A stretch of 63,859 nt of DNA, counting the filler, from Octopus bimaculoides (Eukaryota), in assembly GCF_001194135.2 (NCBI RefSeq). It is 6 parts of 6 records of this genome, joined end to end, with 100 filler letters (N's around TTAATTAATTAA, not from the genome) between each part and the next. Parts side by side here need not be neighbours in the genome. Positions count along the whole stretch, not along the records: positions 1 to 18,780 come from NC_068982.1; positions 18,881 to 33,731 come from NC_068985.1; 4 more parts are not named here. One strand, written 5' to 3'. Below the pieces are notes generated by a model that was not told the origin of the DNA, ran no database searches, and worked only from the letters and a program-made list of their open reading frames with translations. Numbering within the stretch: the first letter of the stretch is position 1; every line of letters starts with the position of its first letter. This document shows, piece after piece, positions 13,517-27,807 of this stretch. A program made the position numbers and the translations under genes.

Positions 13517-14615
13517 TTAAATATGTTCCTGCTGACTCAGAAGCCTATTACAGATCCCTAGCTCCAGCCTGAGCTGTGAACTTGGAACCTAACAAATGAC
13601 CAATTATAGCACTTACGCAGTGTACCTATTGGTTTAGATCATGAGTGAATTAAACCACTAATATTCTTTATATATAAATATATATACATACACCATCATC
13701 ATCTTCATTTACTTTAACATCTCAGTTTTCATACTGGCAAAGTTTAGATGGTTCAACAGGGACCAATGAGAGCCAGAGGACAATGCAAAGTTCCAATATC
13801 TGCTTTGGTATGGTTTCTAAAGCTGGATACCCTTACTGACACTAGCCACTTAACAAAATGTACTGGGTGCTTTCTTGTACTGGGTGCTTTCTTGTACTGG
13901 GCACCAGCACAAGTGAGGTTGCCAAGTAATTCACAAGATAGAACCCCTCACATGAGTGGAATATAGTACTGAAGGATATGAGAATATGAACAGAGAAACA
14001 GGAACAGGAGACCTGCTGAAGTGAATACATGGCTTCCTCAGCTGGTGGCAGGGGACACAGAGAGAGAGAGAGATGGTGAAGACACACCTTCAAAGTACAA
14101 GATAAATATAAGAGAATAGGGACAGTACTACCAACTGATATGTTTGGAACATTCTCTGGAATTTGTTATCTAGCGGCTACTGATCTGCATGACATGCTGC
14201 ACTCAACAATAAGAAGTAGGTTAACAACATAGCATAACTACAATTCTATACTAGCAACACAATACATAACAATTCTATACAGATGCCAGAATAGGACAGT
14301 GAAATAACTATGACACAACACAAACCGTAACAAAAGAAAATTATAACTAGCATGAAACTACTTGACTATAATAACTGGGTTGTAAAATGCCAGATTTCTA
14401 CACCATATTCCCTATGTGCTGGTTACTTAGAAATTCCTCATCAAACACTGGTGCAGGCATGGCTGTGTGGTTAAGAAGCTTGCTTTGAAGCTACATGGTT
14501 ATGAGTTCAGTCCCACAGCACAGCACCTGATGCAAGTGTCTTCTACTATAGCCCCAGGCCAATCAATGCTTTGTGAGTAGATTTGGTTAATGGAAACTGA
14601 ACAAAGCCCATTATA

Positions 14616-14646
<31 letters not shown>

Positions 14647-16010
14647 GGGGGGGGGGGGGCTTTAATAAAAAGATATTACTCTACCTTTGGTATTCGAGTA
14701 TTATTGTTCTGCCTTTATGTGCTTACTTGTGTGTGTGCGTGTGTGTATCATCATCATTTAACATCTGCTTTCCATGCTGGCATGGGTTAGATGGTTTGAC
14801 TGGAACTGATAAGCCAGACAGCTGCACCAGGTTCCAGTTTGATTTGGCATGGTTTCTACAGCAGGCAAAGGCATGGATATTCGGTTAAGAAGCTCCCTTT
14901 ATAACCACATGGTTTTAGATCCTGCTCAACTGCATGCCCTTGGGTAAATGTCTTCTATTATAGCCATGGGCTGGTCAATACCTTGTAAGTGAAGTTCTAA
15001 GACAGAAATTGTGTGAATGTGTATGCATGTTTGTGTTTGTCCCCACTACCACCACTCGACTTGTGTTGATTTTTTTATGTCCCCCTAACTTAGCAGTTCA
15101 GCAAAAGTGACCAATAGAATAAGCATTAGACTTAAAAAATGAGTACTGAGGCCAAATTGTTCCACTAAATCTTCCAAGGCAATACCTCAGCATGGCCACA
15201 ACATATAGACTGAAACAAGTACAATAAAAAATATCAGCAAAATGAAAGCAACACAAAAGCAGGGTTAAAATTTTAAAATAACGATTATTGATTGGAAGAC
15301 CCCCCTTAGAAGATCAGTCAGGTGCAGTAGCAACTAACCTGCTCCAGATAGGGTGACCAGGGTAGCATCTTTAGGTCAAAGTGATGCTTGGTACATCATC
15401 AGTATCCAAAAATTTCTCTAGAAATTTCACCATATTTGAAGCTGGCTACATTGGACCTGATGGTAACAGTTTAAAGAAGAAAAAAGAGGATAAAGTAAGA
15501 AAGAGAAATATAGAGATATACAGACAGGCTGAATGGATGGACAGAGGGATGGATGGACAAATGGATGAATGCATGCATTGATGGACAGATGGATGGATGA
15601 TTGGATGGATGGATAGATGGAAGGCTAGATAAACAAATGGGTGAATGGATGAAAGAATAGATGGATATGAAGAAATACCATTATAATGAGAATTAAATCG
15701 AGAAATGAAAATATCTGATCTAAGACATGTTTTTCCTAGTTGTGACTTGGTTTATAAATCTACTGTAAATATTCAGAATTAGGTAAAATGATTACAATTA
15801 TTCATTCACTTTATAAATCAGGAAAGAAAACATTCAATGAAAAAAAAAACTATACACATTTGTTTTTACATCTGTTTTTCCAAACCAGTATGGGTTAGAG
15901 AAATATAGTATTGAGATATTGTTTTAAAACTGGATGCCCTTCCTGTCTCTAACCCTTACCTATTTTTTGAGTAAGATATTTCTTATTCTACATATCTTCA
16001 AAGCACATGA

Positions 16011-16062
<52 letters not shown>

Positions 16063-16495
16063 CATTCATTTCTTTTTATGCCAGTTTTCCATGCTAGCAT
16101 GAGTTATATGAATGCATTACTGAGATATTGTTTTACAGTTGGATGCCTTTCCTGTTTCTAACCCTTAGCTGTTTTTCAACTAAGGAATTATACACGTCTA
16201 GACATATTCCACATGTCTTCAAAGGTATAAAACCAGCAGAGAACCCATTGACAGGGAAAATAACTGTAACATGACTGTCCACAGCTGAACAATCAAACAC
16301 CCACACATCCATAACATGGAATTCTATCATCTCCAAGTGTTTTTAAAAAGTTTCAGTTCTTCCAAATGTTTAATTAAATATATTAAAACTTGAACTGAAA
16401 CGATAATTACCAAGGCTATAACTCAATTTAAAAGCACACACACATTACTGCTGTGACACAGCAACTATTATGATTAAACAATTGAACAAACTTAC

Positions 16496-16572
16496 TTTTG
16501 TATCCAAATCTATATTTCTCAAGTAAAATTAAATTTTCAGTGGTTGGCAAATAAGTAGGGACAATGTAAGGT
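16496..16572 (-). CDS. Candidate internal exon of an unidentified minus-strand gene ((R)PYIVPTYLPTTENLILLEKYRFGYK), phase 2-1
   Basis: Acceptor cttgttatcAG, donor GTAAGT (forward acttac at 16490-16495), 77 nt. Exactly one frame is open and the sequence is non-repetitive. No family recognised. Confidence 0.45.
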
Positions 16573-17448
16573 CTGATAACAAGACAATCCCTCTAGTGCA
16601 AGTGCCATGAAAAACAATGTACCCAGAACACTCTGTAGAGTGATTGGTGATAGGAAGAGCATCCAGCATATGGTGATAGGAAGAGCATCCACATGTCAAA
16701 CTTAATAACCCTTTCTACTATAGGGTCAAAGCCTGAAATTTGTGGGAGGGGAATAGTCGATTACATCAACCCCAGGACTTGACTGGTACTTAATTTATCG
16801 ACCCACAAAGGATGAAAGGCAAAGTTGACCTTGACAAAATTTGAACTCAGAACGTAAAGACCAGTGAAATACCACTAAGCATTTCATCTGGCGTGCTAAC
16901 AATTCTGCCAGCTCACTGCCTTCACATCAAATTTAATAATGTTCAAACAAGATGTCGTTCTCCCAAACTATCTAGGACAAAAGTTTATGTAAGAGCTAAC
17001 CTGGACAGTGGTAAACCATCCAACCTTTATCAGTATAGAAAAAGAAAGGTGTGTGTGCGTGCATGCGTGCGTATGTGTAATTTTATTGTCAGTGAGTTCG
17101 GAGTTATTTGTGTGCTTAAGAAGTACACTTCACAACCACATAGTTTCTAAGATTCTATGGTAGGTTTCCGGCAGTTTGCATCTACCAAATCCACTCAGAA
17201 AACTTTGATCACACAGGGGCTACAGCAAAGTGCCACACAGTAGGACTGAACCCAAAACCATATAGTTGGGAAGCAAACCTCTTACCATGCAGTCATCGAC
17301 TCTATTACAAAAAGTAATAATATTGTAACTGTAGAGCAAAAGTTAAATTCTTGGAAAAACAAAGTCTGACTCAAATTGGAATCTTAGTTGATCCAAATTT
17401 ACTTCAGTTGTGACAACAACCTTGAAAAACAATGACTGTTCCAGTATG

Positions 17449-17514
17449 CCAAATTCCTTCTTTTTACCAAATTCCTTCTTTTTACCAAATTCCTTCTTTT
17501 TACCAAATTCCTTC
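17449..17514. repeat. 18-bp perfect minisatellite, about 3.7 copies
   Basis: (CCAAATTCCTTCTTTTTA)x3 followed by CCAAATTCCTTC. Confidence 0.95.
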
Positions 17515-18479
17515 ATCTTCTAAAATATAAACCCTATTAGTAAAACTGAAAGGAAATATTAAAGCTTACAGAGAGCTAAAAATTGGTTCAGGTCCCTATT
17601 GAAACAATTTTCCTTTGCATTCAGCACTTAATGCTCTTGAGAAAGGTATGAATGTTACAACTTCACATTTCATTTCTCTCATGTAAAGATCAATGTCCTT
17701 GTATTCATGAAAGGAATCAATATTTTCATTGACAAATTAAGAGTAATCACAACAATGACTGTTATGCCTGAATAGAAATATGTATGTGTATAGAATCATG
17801 TGTTTATTTATATGTGGATATACATGACTGTATGTGCATGTCTGTTTATATGTATGTATATATTTGTGTGTATGTATGTCTGTATGTATGTGTGTTGCGT
17901 ATGTAAATGTATCTTTATGTATGCATTTATGCATATGTTTTTATGTATATGTGTATGAGTGTATGTATACATGTATACATGCATGTATATATCCATACCT
18001 ATATGTGTAGATACATATGTACATGCAGGTGGTATAGACTAAATACTAAATGTCTGTACTATACCAAATATAGATTGTATAACATCAGAAAATGAAGTGG
18101 GGTGGAATAAATAATATATTTTAGATAATAATAATAATAATAATAATAATAATTGTAGAAAGTATTAAGATATTGCCCTCCCCATTTGTTCAGTCACTCA
18201 GTTAAATCATGTTTATTTACATCACTTACATAAAGATAAATATTTACTAATCATAATTAGTCTTGTCTGATAAGAAAAAGTTTACCAACAATAGGTGTCT
18301 AGACTTATTGATCTTCAGGGGTCAAATGGTGAGATTTGTGATGTTTTTTCTTATTCTTCTCAGGGGCATCAACACAGTAACTGGAATTACTATGAAATCA
18401 CTGTGGTTGGGCAGGCATAGTTTCCTTCCCTACTACATAGTTTCAGGCTCAGTCTCATAGTGTTGCATCTTGGATAAGG

Positions 18480-18516
18480 CTATATATATGTGTGTGTGTG
18501 CGTATATGTGTGTGTG

Positions 18517-18577
<61 letters not shown>

Positions 18578-18614
18578 ATATATATATGTGTGTGTGTGTG
18601 TGTATATATATATA

Positions 18615-18711
<97 letters not shown>

Positions 18712-18745
18712 GTGTGTGTGTGTGTATATATATATATATACATAC
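18480..18745. repeat. Compound (TG)n(TA)n higher-order microsatellite
   Basis: Alternating TG and TA blocks with a period of roughly 22-30 bp. Confidence 0.95.
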
Positions 18746-18780
18746 ACATATTATTTTGTTTAAAAGAGTTCCAACTCTGT

Positions 18781-18880
18781 NNNNNNNNNNNNNNNNNNNN
18801 NNNNNNNNNNNNNNNNNNNNNNNNTTAATTAATTAANNNNNNNNNNNNNNNNNNNNNNNNNNNNNNNNNNNNNNNNNNNN
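18781..18880. other. Artificial 100-bp scaffold spacer (44N-TTAATTAATTAA-44N)
   Basis: Identical structure at 33732-33831, 57052-57151, 60920-61019 and 62575-62674. Confidence 0.95.
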
Positions 18881-18886
18881 ATATGT

Positions 18887-18963
<77 letters not shown>

Positions 18964-19111
18964 CATGGACACATATAAAAAGTTAATAAATATTGAAGAA
19001 TAGTCTACTTATATGATATGAATTACGCAATTCATCGCTTTCTCCTCCCTATACGAACGCACGCACACACACAGACACACATATACACATACAAACACAT
19101 GCATGTATGTA

Positions 19112-19153
<42 letters not shown>

Positions 19154-19157
<4 letters not shown>

Positions 19158-19259
19158 TAGCAGAAGCAACAGATGACTCAAGCTCCGAGTGTTTCATGCG
19201 TTAATTGTCAACTCACGTAAATCTCGGCCCGTGAGTCACTCTGCGGCTTCTGCTAAATA
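19154..19259. repeat. Short inverted-repeat element
   Basis: TATTTAGCAGAAGC...GCTTCTGCTAAATA (14 bp), with inner TGACTCA/TGAGTCA and CCGAG/CTCGG pairs. Confidence 0.6.
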
Positions 19260-20330
19260 TTGATGAAAACACATATATACTCATATTTCGATTTCTATTT
19301 TAACTGTGTGCATCAACATTCCTCTATATGCAGACATTTGTATAATAAATACACTCACACACATAAAGATATACATATATATATATATATACAAATATAT
19401 ATATACACACAAATAATATACATATATTAATATGTACGTGCACACATGCATGCGTATAGAAAAAAATGTACACATACTCAGTTCTGTAGGAGATATATTG
19501 GCTGATACACTTCAAAGATCTATAACGTTAGTGTTGTTATTACTACTATCTTTCGATAGTTTTATTCATAACCTCTCTTGAATCACTAATTTCCTACAAA
19601 GAGCATATGTATTTTGATCTAAGTATAGATACACATACACACACACAGATACACACTCACGTACTCTCACACACACACATATTAATTGACTGCTGCAAGA
19701 CTATCAAACAAAAACACTAGGTGGTGTTATGATGAAAGCCAGCATAATAATGTGATGGCGAGAACGTTGTGGTTCCACAGTTCCAGAGACATGAGAGGGA
19801 TATGGCGTTGATCGGTGTTATATGGTGGTGCGAGTTTTGTCTTTGTGATGTTGTGTTTTTTAATTGAGGATTTATCTATACTATTTATTTGACTTGTTGT
19901 TATATTTAAATTTGGATAGGTTACATTATCGCTATAGGTGGGAAGTAAGAGATGCTAGTTGTAGTCATAGCATTTATTGTCGCAGTGATGATAGCGAAGA
20001 ATATGACGACGACAACAAGTGCCATCATTACTATCGTCGGCGTTATCCTTGTCATCACGATTATCATAATGATTGTCATCATCTTTGGTCTTCTGTTATC
20101 ATAATCATGATTTTCGCCATCGTCAAGACCATCATGCATACCACAGCACCACAGTCAGCCTATCATCATCATCACCTCCGTCGTATCATCTCCTTTGTCT
20201 TTGTCTGCATCATTATCATCAGCATCGACATCATCACCATCATCATCATCAGCATCATCATCGTCATCAACATCATCATCAGCAGCAGCAGGAAATTTCA
20301 GAGGGTTTCATTGTTTTTAAATCCCATTCA

Positions 20331-20447
<117 letters not shown>

Positions 20448-20504
20448 AACGAAAAATGGGAGTGGATGAGTGGTAGTAATTGCCGAGTGATGTAGTCATA
20501 CAAC

Positions 20505-20598
20505 CTCATGATTTCACTGATATTTTTCGTTAACCATGTTCGGCATTCTGATATCTGTAGTTCAATAAATATTCTCTGTAGTCCTTGGTCAGACATTT
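20505..20598 (-). CDS. Candidate exon ((K)MSDQGLQRIFIELQISECRTWLTKNISEIM-R)
   Basis: Unique sequence, acceptor ctgacctgaacAG, weak donor AG|GTTGTA. Phase-compatible with the 16496-16572 exon. Confidence 0.3.
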
Positions 20599-20928
20599 CT
20601 GTTCAGGTCAGTGGTTAATAAGCATTCAAGTCATGAACATTCCTCCCTTCTCTAGTAATATATTATTCAATGTGTCTTCCCGTAGGCTTTAATTTGAGGT
20701 AGATAAGGCTACTATTTTTAGTAAAATGAACGAACGCTTAAAAGATCCCTCTTTGGCTCCTTATCATCCTTGATCGAGCTGTCGTTTTATCAAATGCGTT
20801 TCATTTGTGACCACACATCTTTTTAGTTTTGTGCCATGGAGACGAAATCACTTTTTAATCTGTTCTTTTATACCCTTGCTCTTATTTCAAAACCTCATAT
20901 ACGCAGATTGCTACAGATTTTCGCATAC

Positions 20929-20971
20929 TTTCATGAAGCCTGCTACTTCTCATCCTCCCTCTTTGTACTTC
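20929..20971 (-). CDS. Candidate exon (EVQRGRMRSSRLHE-K), or the 3' part of a first exon starting at the ATG at 21100
   Basis: Acceptor gttttccAG, donor A|GTATGC, 43 nt, phase 0-1. Compatible with both neighbouring candidates. Confidence 0.25.
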
Positions 20972-21641
20972 CTGGAAAACTTCTAGCATTTCTATGTGGA
21001 ATGCATAACTTTCATGATTAAGAGTAGCATGCACTTTTACTCCAAACTTCCGCACCAGCACTGCAGATCCCTTCTTAAGCCACTGCGAGCACACTCCCAT
21101 ATCGCCAGTTAATTATTCTCATCATAGTATTCTCGTTTGCTTTTATACCATAAATATTAAGATTATCGGCAGCACTAAATAGTCAGCAACTAACTATTAA
21201 TTCTCTTCTCTTAGGTAACAAGTAACGTAACAGTTTCTATAACGTTGCATTAAATAACAGTAATATGCTAAACCTTGCATCCTTCATTCCTACTCGTCTC
21301 CATTCTTCAATGTCACGTGTTTTAATCAACTATTTCCTCCCATCATGTTATTCTCCACACTAATTTAATTATATATATTACCTTAGTCTTACTAATTTAC
21401 GCTTTAATAGATTCCCTTTCAGATTCTGTCACTAATATATTCACGTGTGTGTGTTTGTGTGTAATTTGGGTGTCTGTGAAAGTTCGCTTACTTGTGTGTG
21501 TCTGTGTGCGCGCATGTTCAAGTACCTGTGCATGTAGGTAATAAGGTGTTTGAAAATGTGTACATATGTGTGTACTTGCGCAGGTATACTTATGTAAGTA
21601 ACGATGTCGATCATTGTTTTTATACCTAATTATTTATATCG

Positions 21642-21676
<35 letters not shown>

Positions 21677-23282
21677 CTCTGTCAATGTGTCTGTCCATCT
21701 GCCTGTTGTGGAGGGTGTTACGCTTGTGAATTGAAGTTTGTGGTGAATGAAAATATCTTCTTAAGGCTGCTTGTAAAAGAGATTAACAAAACTCACGAAC
21801 AAATGACAGAAGCTTTATTTATTGCACATAGTGTTTTCTTCGTTACTCTTTGGGCGAAAAATAAAAGCAACAATTTATGCACAGTGAGAGGGACATACTA
21901 CTGGGCTTTACAACGAACTTATTGTTACCTATCAACCTGTGATTGGACCATCACAACTAGAAAAACAATCCCGCTAAATTCATGTTCGCAAAAGTTGTAC
22001 CATCCATCTACAGCGGCTGGGAAATGAAATGAGAATGGAAATATTAAAGCGGCCGCCTCAGCATTCTGAAGATGCCGCCTATATCCCACCTCTTCATAGG
22101 GATCATTAGATAGTTCTAGAATGTCGAATCATGTGATTGCACGACACTGACTGGTAAATTAATAGGCCGATCATTATAAACGACAGTGGTCTCACCGTGG
22201 TGTCTGCAAATCTGTTACATGTCTATCTATCTATCTATGTATCTATCTATCTATCTATATCTATTTATCTGTCTGTCCGTATATCTGTCTCTCTGTTTGT
22301 CTGTCTGTCTGTCTATATATGTGCATATGCGCGGGCGCGTATGCGTGCGTGTACATAGAATTTGAAATGATTATTTATACTTCAATTCGAGATATACACT
22401 TTATATTGGCATATTTCTTGATACCTCACCATTTGCGTTCTAAACGGAAGCAATTTCTTTTACATTACATCATTTAGTGTAGAGATCATTATTATTATAA
22501 GTTACTGATATATTTTATTTTAATTATCATTAGGTTAACAAAGATAACAATTTCAAACAAATGCTTCGTATGGCCAAACTTCTCAGGAACGAAGTTTAAA
22601 GTTTATAATTTACATTTAATTCACATCTATATTTGACTGCTGTTTATTTTTATTTTTTACCATAGCAGTGTGAAAGGTAAATTCTGGATTCATACGAGAT
22701 AAACTCAATATGCAGAGACCTGGCTAAATACGGCAAGGTGATCATTCTATGACTGCATATATTTGTACGAATATCAATGGATGCAGAAAATATGTCCATA
22801 TATTATCCAAAGATTGTGACCACGTGGAATTTAATGTATTCCTTTCCAATGATTCAATCCACTAGGTATGCGCTTTGACCGCCCAAATATGTATGCCACG
22901 AAAAATTCCGGTATGAATGGCGATTAACGTCGTGGTTTTGTGACTGCAATTTCGTAAAAAGTATATATTTATGACCTTCCATTTAAGTTCGTACCTTAAA
23001 GAAATCATCAGTGCATCTTTACAATTTGCCTAGATTAATTTTCCTCAATGTATGAAACTATAAGCAATTCATAAGTATATACTGTGTACATTAAACTGTC
23101 TGTGTGAGTAGACATACATCCATCCATCCATCCATCCATCAATACATACATACATACATACATACATACATACATACATACATACATACATACATACATA
23201 CATGCATAAGCACACAGACAGAATATGGTAAAGCAGTTCGCTTTGCAATGAAGATATCCTGCGTTTCATTTTACTGCATTAC

Positions 23283-23406
23283 CTCTTCGGCAATTCGCAT
23301 TTCCATAGAGTGCGATCGGCTCGATCTTTGTAAATAATACTGAATAGCTAGAAACTGATTGGAAGCTCCTTCGGACTTGCAGAACTTGTCAGTTACAGAT
23401 TCCACT
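23283..23406 (-). CDS. Candidate exon (VESVTDKFCKSEGASNQFLAIQYYLQRSSRSHSMEMRIAEE)
   Basis: Acceptor tatgttacAG, strong donor GAG|GTAATG, 124 nt with only one open frame. Confidence 0.3.
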
Positions 23407-24187
23407 CTGTAACATACTATCCACCTGATTTTCACCGAGAATTGTGCTAAGGATACATGTATCAATCTGTAAGATATTGAACCACCTACGATACGCGAAT
23501 AAATAGATGATCTCTTTCAAACAGCTACTGGAACAGTCATCATCTAAAGTGACGCTTTTACATTACATTTAATCTACATTTACATATGTACTCACTCGAT
23601 AATATATACACGAATGTACACATTTATGTGTACAAAAGCCGACAGAGTCATCGTATATCCATGAAACATTAATCACCTTTTAGGCTTTGAGGCTAAAAGA
23701 ATAGAAGAATAATAGAATGTAATCAAATAATTGCGTCCTAACAATACTGTAATCCTAGCCGTAGTGTTTGCATTAATAGACATTAGGAAAATACACATCA
23801 ATCAATTATAATAAAAGTGGATTTTATCATATAATGAAAATAATTGATACGTATAGTGCACTTGAAAAGGAAGCGAAATACATACGTTTGTGCGTGTGTG
23901 TATGTATGGTTTTATGTGAGTGTATGTGTGTGTGTGTGTGAGAGAGAGAGAGTGTGTGTGTAACTATGAATATGAGTGGATGCGTGTGTATGTGTCTTCA
24001 TGGGTGTGAGAGTGAATTTAATGAAACTTTTTAAATATATGTGCTGTTACTTATTGTGTTAGGCTTCAATGTATAGTAAACGTACGTCTATGCTTTATAC
24101 ACACAAACGCATAGACACATACGTAAATGCGCACACAAGCGCCCATACATGTATGTATGTACGTATGTATGTATGTATATATGTATG

Positions 24188-24240
<53 letters not shown>

Positions 24241-25169
24241 NNNNNNNNNNNNNNNNNNNNNNNNNNNNNNNNNNNNNNNNNNNNNNNNNNNNNNNNNNNN
24301 NNNNNNNNNNNNNNNNNNNNNNNNNNNNNNNNNNNNNNNNNNNNNNNNNNNNNNNNNNNNNNNNNNNNNNNNNNNNNNNNNNNNNNNNNNNNNNNNNNNN
24401 NNNNNNNNNNNNNNNNNNNNNNNNNNNNNNNNNNNNNNNNNNNNNNNNNNNNNNNNNNNNNNNNNNNNNNNNNNNNNNNNNNNNNNNNNNNNNNNNNNNN
24501 NNNNNNNNNNNNNNNNNNNNNNNNNNNNNNNNNNNNNNNNNNNNNNNNNNNNNNNNNNNNNNNNNNNNNNNNNNNNNNNNNNNNNNNNNNNNNNNNNNNN
24601 NNNNNNNNNNNNNNNNNNNNNNNNNNNNNTATATATATATATATATATATATGTACGTGTGCGTGTGATGTGTATATATACATATACATAGCGATACGAA
24701 TGTATACACACACCCACGTGTGTGTGTGTTCGTTTGTGCGGGTGCGTATGCATGTGTATGTGGGTGGGTGTGAGCGTATGTCCATTCTTGTATGTCTGAA
24801 TAGTGTTCCCCGCGCTTACCTCTTCTCATCTTAAGAACGTTTTTCAAATTTTTTAGCGTTCAATATATTTATACATCAATTGACATCTCACCTCCCCCAC
24901 GCGATTAAGCGTTTATCCCGATACGTTGGACACGTTTTCTCCTTGTGACAAAATAATTTATTCCGCTGTTTACTGCTTTTATTGCTTTATCAATTGAAAT
25001 TAGTCTTTGCCATAGACCTTCACCACTTTTCTTGTATTATATTGTAATGTTACACTCGCTATACTTTATCTCAATGTAGCAACATTTCTTTGTTGGCGAC
25101 TGAGTTTGATTTTTTTTTGGGGGGGGGTAGTCAGGAGCTTACAGCAGACCCTTGCAAAGATATAACTTT

Positions 25170-25480
25170 CATAGGAGGAAAGCTAGAGCAACTAACATAC
25201 TGTGCAAACTCTCATTCTGTGACGTGTGACATAACGGAACGAGGAACAACCAAAAGATCCAAGAGCGGCGAGGTATTACAGGGGAATGCAAATATAAATT
25301 GCAAAGCAGGATATCTCATCTACTGCATCACATGCTCGCAATGCTACGAGAACTACATTGGAGAAGCTGAAACAAAACCATCCAAACATGTGAGTGTCAC
25401 ACACAGCAAATTGAAGATTCATTTCTTAGAAATATTTCATGTAGTAAATATCTAAGCATTTCTGTAAATGGAAAATTCAA
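25170..25480 (+). mobile_element. Penelope-like element GIY-YIG endonuclease remnant
   Basis: NINCKAGYLIYCITCSQCYENYIGE matches the PLE pattern C-x5-IY-x-I-x-C-x2-C-x3-YIGE. Confidence 0.8.
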
Positions 25481-25754
25481 AATAGTCCCTTTTCATAAAA
25501 TAAAATGCAAAAATGAGAAATGCTTTATAGGAATTCTAAATCCGAAACTAAACCGGAAATAGTTGACACCATTACGAAAAACTTTCTGCTATGTGCTTCA
25601 ATGTATGCATGTGCGTATGTTTATATATATATATATAGTAAGAATTTACAAAAAAAAACAAAAAAAAAAGACGGGTGTGTAACAAACAGATGTATTAGTT
25701 TAAAGCTAGTGTGCGCTGGTGTGGGTGCTGGGAAGTGGTCAGTGCTAGTGTGTG

Positions 25755-25950
25755 CGGGATGGTGTGATGTGGTGTGGTGTGGTGGTGTGTGGTGTGGTGG
25801 TGTGTGGTGTGGTGGTGTGTGGTGTGATGGTNNNNNNNNNNNNNNNNNNNNNNNNNNNNNNNNNNNNNNNNNNNNNNNNNNNNNNNNNNNNNNTGTGGTG
25901 TGGTGGTGGTGTGGTGGTGGTGTGTGGTCTGGTGTGGTGGTGTTGGGGTG
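25755..25950. repeat. (GGTGT/GGT)n G-rich satellite running into a gap
   Basis: ggtgtggtgtggtggtgt repeats on both sides of the N run. Confidence 0.85.
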
Positions 25951-26158
25951 TGTGGGAGGCGAGAACGGCAGAAGCAAGGGTGGGGTCTGAGGGATGGGAG
26001 CGGTGGGTGGGATGTATAGGGATGTGTAGGAATGTGTAAACGAGGGAGGGGGTGACAATGAAAGGAGAGAGTGGAAGTGAGAAGGTGGGTAGGAGTGAAG
26101 AGAGGAGAGAGGAGGAGGGTTAAATGAAGAGGGCAAGCGAGTTAAGCCTACGTGTCGC

Positions 26159-26201
26159 AAAGGAGCGAAGAGAAGATTAACCCCTGCTCATGGCGAAGAC
26201 G
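26159..26201 (+). pseudogene. Possible degenerate U6 snRNA fragment
   Basis: GGAGCGA-AGAGAAGATTA-ACCCCTGCTCATGG versus U6 GGAACGATACAGAGAAGATTAGCATGGCCCCTGCGCAAGG. The match is short and gapped. Confidence 0.25.
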
Positions 26202-26323
26202 GAATGTAAATGTGTGTGTCAATGTATGCATGGACATGTGTGCATGCGTGTGTGTAAGTGTGCATACATGAATGAATGAGTGTATGTATGTGGTTGGGTG
26301 TATGAATATCTGTGTGAGAGAGA

Positions 26324-26374
<51 letters not shown>

Positions 26375-27753
26375 TGTGTGTTTGCTATCGTTACAAAAAT
26401 GAAAGTAGAAAATTATATTCGAGAAGCACCAACATTTGACAAATGGTAATGGTTGACAAAAAAACAGTTGCTCTCAGTACTCACTCAGCCAGCTTAAGCT
26501 TATATGTATGTGTGTATGCATTTTTAAACAGAAAGACACACACACACACACACAGACGCGCGCGCGCGCTCACCTCCCGTCTTCGAACAGATGCATGCGT
26601 ACACATATACGCGCGCGCTCACACGTACACACACCTGCAGTAAATACAGTGCGTCACACAAAATGCTTTGCAGCTCTGACTCTTCCCGTACTGAATTCTC
26701 ATGCAAAGGTAGCAGCTCTTCTCCAACTATGAGTCAATTAATCACATCTGATCCACTATTTGCTCTTTCCTTCTTTATCTTTTCTTTATCTCTCTTTCTC
26801 CTTCTCTCTCTCTTCCTCTCTCTATCGCTCGCTTACTCTTTCTCTTAGCTACCACATTCTTTTCTCTATTCCTTTCTGGTTCTCTTTCTCTCTCTGTTTT
26901 TCACTCATTCTCTATCTCACTCTCTCTCTCACGCACACACACACACACACACACTCTTACTCTTGCTCCTTCTGTTGCACACACACGCGCGCACGCACAC
27001 GTACATACATTCACCCACCCCCCATACGTGCATATATATACTAACAGAAATTTCAGACATTCGTTGCAGTAAAAAAACTGGGATTATGTCGTATGGAGAA
27101 GTCAATTACCTGTGCCGGAACTCTCTACTTCCATTTGTGAACTACCCTGGTGAAGTTGGCACTGAATACACATTGTAGCTTTTGTGTGTGTGTGTGTGTG
27201 TGTGTTCAAACGATTCATTTGGGCTTCTAGATTTTAAACATTAGATGTTTTGCAAATAAGAGCATTTCTCGACATTTCAGTTTTCTTCAGTCTTCCACTA
27301 CTTGGATTATGAGAAATGCATTCGCCAAAACATTTTCAATTTTGCACTGTTTCATTGGTAATTTTTGTTTCAGAATTCTGTTTTGAACATAAAAGGTTAT
27401 GATTCAAACACAAATAAATAAATGAATAAATAAATGAATTTAGATATTACATTTACAATTTTAGGGCTACATTTAATTTTAGAGTTTGATGTTTTAGGGA
27501 TTAGCGGGTTAGAATTTAGAGTTAGAGTTTATGAATATTTTCTTTCGGTAAATTTATTTATTCAATTATTTATTTTGATCAAATTGAATCTCATTAGTAT
27601 ATGAAACGATGACGAATGGAAAAAATCAAGGTATCTGTTAGATTTTAGTTTGATATTCCGCGCAAATTTTCGCCAATTTGGTGACATAAGCCGGAACAAG
27701 ACCAGGTATTTTATTTCAACTAGAAATGCTAGTGTATATATCTGTGTGTGCGC

Positions 27754-27807
<54 letters not shown>

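Noticed and set aside
15339-15456. Minus-strand segment with good AG and GT ends
   Set aside because: Stops in all three frames. The overlapping plus-strand reading (VKVMLGTSS...GYIGPDG) has no supporting neighbours.
17737-18836. CV, YI and HT dipeptide ORFs (also at 24-26 kb, 31-32 kb and 58.4-60.2 kb)
   Set aside because: They are translations of (TG)n, (TA)n and (CA)n microsatellites.
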